A stretch of 26,409 nucleotides of DNA from the NCBI GenBank assembly GCA_028693335.1, contig JAQUVR010000001.1, positions 1-26,409 on the forward strand, in the 5' to 3' direction. The position numbers and the translations under genes were made by a program. Under the pieces are notes generated by a model. That model searched no databases. It saw only the letters and a list, made by a program, of their open reading frames with translations, and was not told where the DNA came from. Below, piece after piece: positions 15,980-24,616 of the stretch. The first letter of the stretch is position 1. Every line of letters begins with the position of its first letter. The stretch comes from Candidatus Iainarchaeum sp. (GTDB taxonomy: Archaea; Iainarchaeota; Iainarchaeia; Iainarchaeales; CSSED10-239).

Positions 15980-16606
15980 TTATTTATTAAGAATTAAAAA
16001 ATATTTCTGTTTTTTTAAATTACCCTTATTTTTAATAAATTCTTCAACCCTAAAACCAGATCTTACAAAAGAATTTTTTACAATTTCAAATTTATTTTCT
16101 GAAGTTGGATAAAATTGAATAATAACTATTCCATTTTCTGTTAGTTTCTCTAATAGATCTTTACCAAATTTTTTTATAATATTTTTAATTTCTATTTCTG
16201 GTTTATTAGAAATACACCATTGAAGAGCAGAAATAGATAATATCAAATCAAATTCCTTATTTTTTATTTCTTTAATTTTAGAAAGATCTTCAAATCCACC
16301 AAGATAACATAAAAATCCTTTTTTTTTGCATTGATTTAGCATTTCTATACTAGGGTCTATTCCTATTAATTTCTTAAAACCAGATTCTTTTAAATATTCT
16401 AAACTAAATCCAGTCCCACAACCGACATCTAATATTTCTATGTTTTGAGTGGTTACTTTTTTTTCAAAAAATAGATCCATACAATCTTTTGTTAAGATCA
16501 TCTGAGTTTTTTTCATTCCTGAATTATTATCATATCTTTTTACTTCTTCTAGGGTATAAAAATCATTAGGATCTTTGTAAACATCTTCAGGAACTTCTTG
16601 TTTCAT
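15980..16606 (-). CDS. Bud23/WBSCR22-like SAM-dependent (rRNA guanine-N7) methyltransferase
   Basis: N-terminal FYTLEEVKRYDNNS, motif I ILDVGCGTGFS, SISALQWC, QFYP, and the C-terminal KKQKYFLILNK. All of these follow the Bud23 layout as I recall it. Confidence 0.75.
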   Translation of the reverse strand: MKQEVPEDVYKDPNDFYTLEEVKRYDNNSGMKKTQMILTKDCMDLFFEKKVTTQNIEILDVGCGTGFSLEYLKESGFKKLIGIDPSIEMLNQCKKKGFLCYLGGFEDLSKIKEIKNKEFDLILSISALQWCISNKPEIEIKNIIKKFGKDLLEKLTENGIVIIQFYPTSENKFEIVKNSFVRSGFRVEEFIKNKGNLKKQKYFLILNK

Positions 16607-16609
16607 ATT

Positions 16610-17068
16610 CTATCTTATTTTAAAAGTTGTTTTTTTTGATTTTTTAGATCTAATTAATGGTCTTTTAAATGCAGATTTGTATTTTGTATTAATTAATTTC
16701 TCAAATGCATCTTGAACAGATCTGGGTGGTTCTTTACAATCAAGATAAGATAATCTCCAATTTATTTTATTGGAGATTCTTGGCATTTGGGTTCCAAAAT
16801 ATATGGTGTTCCACATTTCTGGATTGTTTATTTCTTTAAATGGTATATTAAGTACTTTTGCGCCAACAATTGCAAGATTTGAATGAAAAAAATTAGTGTT
16901 TTTGTTATAACTTGGCGCAATTCCAAAAAATTCTTTATCTTTATATTTGTAATAACAAAATATTTGTGTTTGATTTGCTGTTCCTCCAAGACCTAAAACA
17001 ATACAAATATTATCTTTTAAAATTATTTTATAGTTATCATAATTTTGGGAGTTATTTATTTTTTTCAT
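16610..17068 (-). CDS. Hypothetical protein with basic C-terminal tail
   Basis: 152-aa ORF, 3 nt upstream of the Bud23-like gene and 22 nt downstream of MscS on the same strand. No motif recognised. Confidence 0.55.
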   Translation of the reverse strand: MKKINNSQNYDNYKIILKDNICIVLGLGGTANQTQIFCYYKYKDKEFFGIAPSYNKNTNFFHSNLAIVGAKVLNIPFKEINNPEMWNTIYFGTQMPRISNKINWRLSYLDCKEPPRSVQDAFEKLINTKYKSAFKRPLIRSKKSKKTTFKIR

Positions 17069-17090
17069 TAATTATCAATTACTTAAAAAT

Positions 17091-18140
17091 TTAAGAAAAT
17101 TTAAATATAATAAATTTTATACCTTCTTTTTCAAATTGTTTTTTTATTTCACAATGTAATTCATCTTTTATTTCTAAAAACTTGGTCCAGTCTTTCTCTT
17201 TTACCCAATAATCAAAATACAGTTCAATTGTTTGAGTATTAAATTTATCAAAAATTACATATGAATCTTTGTCATTTATTTTTTTGTTATTATGTAATAA
17301 ATTTTTAATAATTTCTTTTGCTTTTTCTATTTTTTCAAAAGAATTTTCATGTGATAATGATACATTTTCAATTACTCTTCTTGCTTTTCTTTTTGAAATA
17401 TTTTCTACAATTCCTTGGGATAGTTTACTATTTGGAACAATGTAAACTGTTCCATCAAAGGATTCAATTTTTGAGGTTCTAATATTTATTTCTGTAATTC
17501 TTCCAATAATTTCTTCAGATTTAACAATATCTCCAACCTTAAACTGTTTTTCTGTAAAAATAATAATTCCTGAAAAAAAGTTTTCTAAAAGCTCTCTTGA
17601 TGCAAAAGCAATTGCCACACCACCTATTCCAAGACCAGCAACAAGTCCAGTTACATCGTATCCAAAGTTTGAGATTATCAATAACATACCAATTAAGATA
17701 ATAAAAACTTTTACTAATGTTCTAATAAGTGGCAATAAATGATCATATCTTTTTTGTTCTGTTGTGTCTTCAGTAAATCTAGACAAATATTTTTCTATTA
17801 TAATTATTGCTGCTTTTCCTAAAAACCAAGCACCAAATGAAACATATAAAACAAATATTAATTTGTCTATTATATTTAATAGTTTTACATTAACATAAAG
17901 AACATTTAATGCACCTCTAATAATAGACACAAAAATTATTAATAAAATTGGTTCTGGTCTTCTTAAAATTCCAAAAATAACTTCATATTTTTTTATTTTT
18001 TCTTCCAATGGTTTAAATAAGGTATTAAACAACCAAGATAAGACCTTGATTCCAATTATTCCAAGAACAATATAGGTGAAGAAAAATAGATATTGATAAA
18101 TTGTATTTCCAAAAATTACTTGTTGTAAAACCGACACCAT
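17091..18140 (-). CDS. MscS-family mechanosensitive channel
   Basis: N-terminal TM helices, then GVAIAFASRELLENFFSGIIIFTEKQFKVGDIV (MscS pore helix / beta-domain signature). Confidence 0.9.
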   Translation of the reverse strand: MVSVLQQVIFGNTIYQYLFFFTYIVLGIIGIKVLSWLFNTLFKPLEEKIKKYEVIFGILRRPEPILLIIFVSIIRGALNVLYVNVKLLNIIDKLIFVLYVSFGAWFLGKAAIIIIEKYLSRFTEDTTEQKRYDHLLPLIRTLVKVFIILIGMLLIISNFGYDVTGLVAGLGIGGVAIAFASRELLENFFSGIIIFTEKQFKVGDIVKSEEIIGRITEINIRTSKIESFDGTVYIVPNSKLSQGIVENISKRKARRVIENVSLSHENSFEKIEKAKEIIKNLLHNNKKINDKDSYVIFDKFNTQTIELYFDYWVKEKDWTKFLEIKDELHCEIKKQFEKEGIKFIIFKFS

Positions 18141-18254
18141 AATTGATCTTTGTTTTTTAAAAAGTTATATATTTATTAATTGTTTTATATATAATATATC
18201 TATATATATCTATTTTTAAAATGTATTTTTATAATTAAAGAAAAATGAAAAACT

Positions 18255-18965
18255 ATGGTAAAAACTCTTGATAAAAAAATAGTTGTTGAACTGAAAAATG
18301 CATATAAAATCTATTGTATGGGTTCTGTTTGTGTAAATGCTTTAAATGGAGTAGATCTAAAAATCACAAAAGGAGAGTTTGTGTCAATTATGGGACCAAG
18401 TGGTTCTGGAAAATCAACAATGATGCATATTATTGGTGCTTTAGATCTTGCTACTTCTGGAAAGGTGTATATAGATAACATTGATCTATCAACATTAAAT
18501 GAAGATCAATTATCTATTATTAGAGGAAAAAAAATAGGATTTGTTTTTCAAGATTTTAATCTAATACCAACATTAACAGCTCTTGAAAATGTTATGCTTC
18601 CTATGCTTTTTCAAGAAGATAAGTTAGATGATAAACATAGAGAAAATCATTGTAAAGGTTTATTATCTTTAGTCGGGTTAGGTGATAGAGTACATCACAA
18701 ACCATCAGAACTTTCTGGTGGTCAACAGCAAAGAGTGGCAATTGCAAGATCATTAGTAAATAGTCCAGAAATTGTTCTTGCTGATGAACCAACAGGAGCA
18801 TTAGATTCTAAATCTAGTGAAGAGATTATGGATCTATTAGTTGATTTAAATAAAGAAGGAAAAACAGTCATTATTATTACTCATGATAAAAATGTTGCAA
18901 AATATACAAAAAGAAATATTGCTCTTAAAGATGGAAAAATTGTAGAAGATAAAACAAAAGAATAA
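18255..18965 (+). CDS. ABC transporter ATP-binding protein, MacB/LolD-type
   Basis: Walker A GPSGSGKST, Q-loop FVFQDFNLIPTLTALENV, signature LSGGQQQRVAIARSL, Walker B VLADEPTGALD. Confidence 0.95.
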   Translation: MVKTLDKKIVVELKNAYKIYCMGSVCVNALNGVDLKITKGEFVSIMGPSGSGKSTMMHIIGALDLATSGKVYIDNIDLSTLNEDQLSIIRGKKIGFVFQDFNLIPTLTALENVMLPMLFQEDKLDDKHRENHCKGLLSLVGLGDRVHHKPSELSGGQQQRVAIARSLVNSPEIVLADEPTGALDSKSSEEIMDLLVDLNKEGKTVIIITHDKNVAKYTKRNIALKDGKIVEDKTKE

Positions 18966-18967
18966 TT

Positions 18968-20167
18968 ATGTTTAATATATTACCATTTGTCTTAAGAAAT
19001 TTAAGACGAAGAAAACTAAGAAATTGGCTAACTATTGCTGGTATAATTGTAGGAGTATTTGCTATTGTATCTTTGATTTCTCTTTCAGAAGGTCTAAAAG
19101 AATCTATTGATAGAGAATTTAGTAATCTTGGAGCAAATAGAATATCTATAACCTCTAAATATGTTTCTTTTGGCGGCACTAGATCTCTTGATGGACTTAA
19201 TGATGATGATATAAAAAATATCAAAAAAGTTGGAGATGTTTCTTTTGTTACTGGTTCTCTATCAGGATATCTTGAAACCAAATATTCTAATAAAGTAGTT
19301 ATGGTTACTTTTACTTCTTATGATGTTTTATATTTTGAAGATATGTTCCAACAAAGTAATTTATCATTATTACAAGGAAACTTTTTTAGTTCTGAAAAAT
19401 CTAAGGAAGTAATTGTTGGATATAATTACACAGATTCTAAAAAATCTAAAGATCAACTTTATGGAAAAACATTAGATCTTGGCAAGAAAATACAAATTAA
19501 TGGTTCTGATTATACAGTTATTGGTATTTTAAAAAAAACTGGTGATGATAGAAAAGATAACGCCATGTATCTATCTAATGATAATCTAAAAGAAATTACT
19601 GGTGGACAAACATATGATACTATCTATGCAATTGTAAAAGATGGAAAAGATGTTGAAGGTACTGCAGAAAAGATTGAAACGAGATTAGAGAGATCAAGAT
19701 CTAATAATGATATAACAATAACAACCCCAATTAGTGCAAATGAAAAAAGACAAGAAACATTAGGAGTAGTATCAATTGTTATTATTGGTATTGCGTGTAT
19801 TTCTTTGTTGGTTGGTGGTATAGGTATACTAAACTCTATGTATACATCAGTTTACGAGCGAAAAAAAGAAATTGGGGTGTTGATGGCAATTGGTGCAAAA
19901 AGAAAAGATGTTCTAACAATATTTTTATTAGAGTCTGGAATTATTGGATTAATTGGTGGAACAATTGGATTAATCTTTGGTTTTTCGGTTGCACTTTTAG
20001 TTAGGTTTGTTGCAAACTATTTTGGTGTAACAATGGCTGTATCAACAAATCCATTAATAGCAGTAATTGCTATGGGATTTTCTTTTGGAATTGGTGTTCT
20101 TTCAGGAATGCTTCCTGCAATTAATGCATCAAGACAAGAGCCAGTAGAATCTTTGAGAGAGGAATAA
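18968..20167 (+). CDS. MacB-like ABC permease (FtsX family), copy A
   Basis: N-terminal TM, an extracytoplasmic domain of about 230 aa, then three C-terminal TMs with ERKKEIGVLMAIGAKRKDV (FtsX-domain motif). The start is 2 nt after the ATPase stop. Confidence 0.9.
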   Translation: MFNILPFVLRNLRRRKLRNWLTIAGIIVGVFAIVSLISLSEGLKESIDREFSNLGANRISITSKYVSFGGTRSLDGLNDDDIKNIKKVGDVSFVTGSLSGYLETKYSNKVVMVTFTSYDVLYFEDMFQQSNLSLLQGNFFSSEKSKEVIVGYNYTDSKKSKDQLYGKTLDLGKKIQINGSDYTVIGILKKTGDDRKDNAMYLSNDNLKEITGGQTYDTIYAIVKDGKDVEGTAEKIETRLERSRSNNDITITTPISANEKRQETLGVVSIVIIGIACISLLVGGIGILNSMYTSVYERKKEIGVLMAIGAKRKDVLTIFLLESGIIGLIGGTIGLIFGFSVALLVRFVANYFGVTMAVSTNPLIAVIAMGFSFGIGVLSGMLPAINASRQEPVESLREE

Positions 20168-20232
20168 TTTTTATAAAAAAGAAAACATATAAAAAACAAA
20201 AAAACAAATAATATTTAATGGAGGAAATAATT

Positions 20233-21507
20233 ATGAAATTTCAAAAAATTTTTTTACTATTTTTATTAAGCACAATGATGGTACCATTTATTTCTGGTGC
20301 TACAACTGATTTTGATATAATAAATCTATCAGCAAAAACATATAACTATAGCCCAGCACCAGTATCTCCTGGTCAAGAGTTTAGTGTCTGGATTCAGTTG
20401 ACTAACAATAGTAATGTTGTTGCAAAAAATGTATCTTATATTCTAGAACCTAAATATCCTTTTACTTTATCTGATTTTAATAACAGTGAAGTGGTTGTTT
20501 CTAGTATAGCCCCATACCAAAGCACAATAATTAAATATACATTAAAAACTGATCTTCAAGCAATTGATGGAATATATGATTTAGAGTTTAAGTTTAAAAG
20601 AGAAGGAACAAACACCTATTCTATTGAAAAGTATAAAATAGATGTTGTTTCTGATAATGCTGTTTTAGAATTAATAAGAACAGAGGTTTCTGAAATATCT
20701 ATTGGGTCAGATGGAACAATTGATCTCACAATTAAAAATCTTGGAACAAAGGATATTAAAAATATTTTTATGACTTTAAATGATTCTGAAGATGTTGTAA
20801 AAGTAATTAACCTTAAAACAATGTTTTTTGAAAATCTAAAAAGCGGTGGAGAGATTAAGGTTAGCTACAAAATAGTTGTTTCAAAACTTGCAAATAAAAA
20901 AAGTTATACCTTACCATTAGAAATAAAATATTCTGATTCTTCAAATGATTATTTAATTTCTAGAAATGTTGGTGTACTTTTAAATGATAATCCAAATATG
21001 GTAATAAATATCACATCAATTGGACAGATAAATAATAAAATCTTTACAAACAATAAAGAAAAAATTGATGTAGAAATCTATAATGTTGGAAATATTGATG
21101 CTGAGTCTGTTTATGTTGAACTAAACACAACAATTACAGATATTAATCCTAAATATTTCATTGGCTCTATTGAAAAAGATAATTATGACAATGTAACTTT
21201 AGAGTTTTTAACAAAGTCTGATTTAAAGAGTGGATCTTACCCAATTGAGGTTATTGTTAATTACAAAGATAGTTCTTTAAAAAAACAAACAATAAAAAAA
21301 GTCATGACCGTTGAAGTTATTGCTAAAAAATCTTCAAATTTTTCTTTAATGACAATTTTTAGTGGAATTATGTCTGTTGTTTTATTTGTTATTGGTCTTG
21401 CAGTTTTAATTTTGGTATTAAGATGGGCAAATAAGGCTTTATTAAAACCAGCATTTGGTGGTTTTTTTACATATATAAAAACAAAGTTTAAGAAAAAGAA
21501 AAAATAG
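20233..21507 (+). CDS. Membrane-anchored extracellular protein with three CARDB/COG1361-like beta-sandwich repeats
   Basis: Signal peptide MKFQKIFLLFLLSTMMVPFISG. Three repeats carry the v.v.v.N.G...a..v pattern (IQLTNNSNVVAKNVSYIL; IDLTIKNLGTKDIKNIFMTL; IDVEIYNVGNIDAESVYVEL). A C-terminal TM is followed by a Lys tail. ATG 20233 is preferred over 20218 because GGAGG (20220-20224) lies 8 nt upstream. Confidence 0.75.
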   Translation: MKFQKIFLLFLLSTMMVPFISGATTDFDIINLSAKTYNYSPAPVSPGQEFSVWIQLTNNSNVVAKNVSYILEPKYPFTLSDFNNSEVVVSSIAPYQSTIIKYTLKTDLQAIDGIYDLEFKFKREGTNTYSIEKYKIDVVSDNAVLELIRTEVSEISIGSDGTIDLTIKNLGTKDIKNIFMTLNDSEDVVKVINLKTMFFENLKSGGEIKVSYKIVVSKLANKKSYTLPLEIKYSDSSNDYLISRNVGVLLNDNPNMVINITSIGQINNKIFTNNKEKIDVEIYNVGNIDAESVYVELNTTITDINPKYFIGSIEKDNYDNVTLEFLTKSDLKSGSYPIEVIVNYKDSSLKKQTIKKVMTVEVIAKKSSNFSLMTIFSGIMSVVLFVIGLAVLILVLRWANKALLKPAFGGFFTYIKTKFKKKKK

Positions 21508-21552
21508 TTTTTTTCTTCTTTTATTTTTTTAAAAAGAAAAAAGTGTAATTTA

Positions 21553-22773
21553 ATGCATCAATCAAAATATAATCAATTATTTAAGTTGACCTTAAAAAGT
21601 ATTTTAAGAAGAAAGTTAAGATCAATATTAACTGTTCTTTCTGTAATTATAGGTATAGCTTCAGTAATTGCATTAATATTATTAAGTGACGGACTATTAA
21701 ATACAGTAAACGATCAATTCAATAAAATGGGTGGTAGAGTTATTTTAGTTCTTGCAGGTAATTTTCAAGGTAATCCTTTTGAATCTGGAAGAATTTCTAA
21801 AGAGAATATGTTAACTATCAAAGATTCAGAAAATATTGAAAAAATTACAGGTGTAAAAAATGTATATGCTATGAATTTTCTTAATGGGTTAGTAACTTAC
21901 AAAAATGAAGATCAGTTTGCATATCTCGCGACATTACCAGTAGAAAAAATGGATGAGTCTTTTGAGTTTTTTGCAGTTTCTATTGCTGATGGTAAACCAT
22001 TTAACAATAAAGAAGGAAATAATGCTATTATTGGAGATTATGTTGCAAAAAAAATGTTTAATAGAGAAATAAAGATTGGAAACAAGATAAAGATTAATGG
22101 CACCGATTTCAAAGTTATTGGTATTTTAGAAGTTATTGGTAATGAAAGTGATGATAGTACCATCTATATTACCAGAAAAGCTGGTGATGCCATTTTTGAT
22201 TTTGGAAATTCTGTTAATTATGTGATGGTTGAAACAAAACCTGAAGCAAATAATAAAGATGTTGTTAAAAGAATTGATAGGGAATTAAAAAAAACAAGAA
22301 ATGAAAATACTTATATGCTTATTAGTGCTGATGATTTTTTAGAATTAATTACAAGATTATTAACCCTAATAAAAGTTATTCTTGCAACAATTGCTGGAAT
22401 ATCTATTGTTGTTGGATCTCTTGGAATAGTTAATTCTGTTTATACTTCTGTTCTTGAAAGAACTAGAGAAATTGGTGTTTTAAAATCCATTGGTGCAAAA
22501 ATAAATGACATAACTTTTATTTTTGTATTAGAATCTGTTTTGTTATCATTATTTGGTGGGATTATTGGTTTAGGGATTGGTATTGCCATAGCAAAGGCTG
22601 TTTCTGTTTATGCTGCTAGTGCTGGTTTTGCAATGTTTACTATAGTTGTTACAACAGAAATAGTTGTGTTTGCTCTTTTACTTTCAATAATTGTTGGTGT
22701 TATTGCTGGGTTATTTCCTGCAAGAGCTGCAGCAAAGTTAAATCCTGTTAATGCTCTTAGAGGATCTATGTGA
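21553..22773 (+). CDS. MacB-like ABC permease (FtsX family), copy B
   Basis: Same architecture as copy A, with ERTREIGVLKSIGAKINDI and a C-terminal PARAAAKLNPVNALR. Confidence 0.9.
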   Translation: MHQSKYNQLFKLTLKSILRRKLRSILTVLSVIIGIASVIALILLSDGLLNTVNDQFNKMGGRVILVLAGNFQGNPFESGRISKENMLTIKDSENIEKITGVKNVYAMNFLNGLVTYKNEDQFAYLATLPVEKMDESFEFFAVSIADGKPFNNKEGNNAIIGDYVAKKMFNREIKIGNKIKINGTDFKVIGILEVIGNESDDSTIYITRKAGDAIFDFGNSVNYVMVETKPEANNKDVVKRIDRELKKTRNENTYMLISADDFLELITRLLTLIKVILATIAGISIVVGSLGIVNSVYTSVLERTREIGVLKSIGAKINDITFIFVLESVLLSLFGGIIGLGIGIAIAKAVSVYAASAGFAMFTIVVTTEIVVFALLLSIIVGVIAGLFPARAAAKLNPVNALRGSM

Positions 22774-22774
22774 T

Positions 22775-23614
22775 TTATTTTCTATCTATTACAATATATG
22801 TAGAATTAAATCTTTCAATATGATCAAAAAAAACAGGGTAGGTTACTTCTCCAGAAATTTGTTTAATATTAAATTCTTTTTTTATTTCTTCTAATGGTTT
22901 TTTATAATATGAAGATAGCATTCTTAAAATCACAGCATCAATTTTTTTTAATCTAAGCAATAATTTTCTAGAATCATTCAACACATCATCAATTCTTTGT
23001 ATCCTTTGTGGATCTGTTTCTTCTTTTCTTTTTTCTAACAGAACTCTTGAATGAAATCTTATAGAATCTGAATTTAATATTTCAAGATATGCTCTACCAC
23101 CTGATTTTAGAGTAGTTGCAAGTAAAAAAGAGCTATATTCTGGATACTGTGTGTGAAAGCTTGTACTTTTTGTTGCCATTATTAATTTAAATTTTTTTTC
23201 AAATTTTTTAAAAAGTCTTAACTGTTGTGGATCTCTTAGATCTGTATGATCTAATGCAAATCCAAGAGAATAATCTTTTTTTATTTGTTTTTTTGCTTCT
23301 GGAGAAAGATTATTAGTTAGAGCAAATGTTTCTACATCTAGTTCTGGTCCACTTTTGGATTTAACATAATTTTTCAATAACTTAATTTCCTCTCCCATCC
23401 CTGGGCCAGCAATAAACACTTGTTCTTTAGGATTTTTTGAATTTATTAAAAAACTCATTGGTTCTAATTTTAGATCTAGCACATAAGTTTCAGCAAATCT
23501 TTCTGCATTACCTATGTAACCCCAAGTAGAATCCATTATTTTTCTATCTTCTACACCTATTCTTTCAACTGGTCTTTTTTTACCATATGTTTTTGGCTTA
23601 GGTTTATTTGTCAT
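22775..23614 (-). CDS. Hypothetical protein
   Basis: 279-aa ORF with a basic N-terminus (KPKPKTYGKKRP). No confident motif. Confidence 0.55.
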   Translation of the reverse strand: MTNKPKPKTYGKKRPVERIGVEDRKIMDSTWGYIGNAERFAETYVLDLKLEPMSFLINSKNPKEQVFIAGPGMGEEIKLLKNYVKSKSGPELDVETFALTNNLSPEAKKQIKKDYSLGFALDHTDLRDPQQLRLFKKFEKKFKLIMATKSTSFHTQYPEYSSFLLATTLKSGGRAYLEILNSDSIRFHSRVLLEKRKEETDPQRIQRIDDVLNDSRKLLLRLKKIDAVILRMLSSYYKKPLEEIKKEFNIKQISGEVTYPVFFDHIERFNSTYIVIDRK

Positions 23615-23758
23615 TTTTTTTATCGTTTTTTTTATTTTTGATCTAAATTAAATATAAGATAATAGATCAGAAACAATTTTTAAAAAGATTTATTTTTAAA
23701 GATTTCTTTATAGATATTATTTATATCTTTTTGTTTCTAAAGAGATCTAATTTATTTT

Positions 23759-23831
23759 GCCTCTATAGCTCAGTGGCTAGAGCAACAGTCTTGTAAACTG
23801 TAGGTCGTGGGTTCAAATCCCATTAGAGGCT
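23759..23831 (+). tRNA. tRNA-Thr (anticodon UGU)
   Basis: Hand-folded cloverleaf. Acceptor GCCTCTA/TAGAGGC; D-stem GCTC/GAGC; anticodon stem ACAGT/ACTGT with loop CTTGTAA; 5-nt variable loop; T-stem GTGGG/CCCAT with loop TTCAAAT. Discriminator T; no encoded CCA; followed by a T-run. Confidence 0.9.
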
Positions 23832-23903
23832 TTTTCTAAAAGGGATATAGCTAAGTCACTTTTTTTGTACGCTTTTTATTTATATCTATTCTATTAAATA
23901 TTT

Positions 23904-24527
23904 ATGAATAAAGGATTTATTGAAATTATAGGGGTTATATTTGGAATAATTATTTTATTAATAGTATTAGATGGAATTACAAGTATTAGTTGTATTAATG
24001 AAAAAAATCAAATTCGAAATTTAACCAGTAATTTAGAAGAATGTAATAATAATTTAAATAATCTTAATAATGATTTAGAAAAATGTCTTTTTGATAAAGA
24101 AGAATTAAATCAAAAATTAAATACCTGTCAAAAAGATTTAGATGATTGTATTAATGATTTAGAAAAATGTAATCTTTTGATTTCTAAATTAATAGATGAA
24201 AATGAAGAATTAAAAGAAAAAATCCAAAATTTAAAAGTTGCTAATCCTAATCAAATAATAGCTCCTGCAATAGTAAGTAGTATTATTCCTATTTTATTTT
24301 TAATAATAATATTATTTTCAATATCTCCTAAAATACACATTTTTAAATTAGATATAAAAAAAACGATTTCATATATTTTTGAACATTGTTTGTTTCCATA
24401 TTTTTATAAATCTAATTTAATTAATAAAATATTTACATTCATAAATATAGTTCTTATAATTATCATCATATTTTGTATCCAAATAATATCGTTATTAAAA
24501 AGTGCAGGACTATTAAGATTATTTTAA
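23904..24527 (+). CDS. Membrane protein with N-terminal TM, Cys-containing coiled coil and C-terminal TM segments
   Basis: 207-aa ORF. IEIIGVIFGIIILLIVL (TM), then a heptad-repeat region of about 80 aa (LEEC..LEKC..LNTC..LDDC..LEKC), then two or three hydrophobic segments. Confidence 0.55.
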   Translation: MNKGFIEIIGVIFGIIILLIVLDGITSISCINEKNQIRNLTSNLEECNNNLNNLNNDLEKCLFDKEELNQKLNTCQKDLDDCINDLEKCNLLISKLIDENEELKEKIQNLKVANPNQIIAPAIVSSIIPILFLIIILFSISPKIHIFKLDIKKTISYIFEHCLFPYFYKSNLINKIFTFINIVLIIIIIFCIQIISLLKSAGLLRLF

Positions 24528-24616
24528 TTTATTTTTCCAACTGATTATGTTATTCTAATTTACGAACAATATTAAACTAAAACATATCTTAACAATATAA
24601 ACTATTTAATATCAAA

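Noticed and set aside
22775-23614. Degenerate Rossmann/methyltransferase-like fold (QVFIAGPGMGEE, FKLIMATKS)
   Set aside because: The resemblance to SAM motif I is weak and lacks the usual acidic and post-I motifs. I left it as hypothetical.
23810-24616. Direct repeat of the tRNA-Thr 3' end that would mark an att site for an integrated element
   Set aside because: I found no copy of ggttcaaatcccattagaggc or its 3' half downstream within the window. The far boundary, if any, lies beyond 26409.
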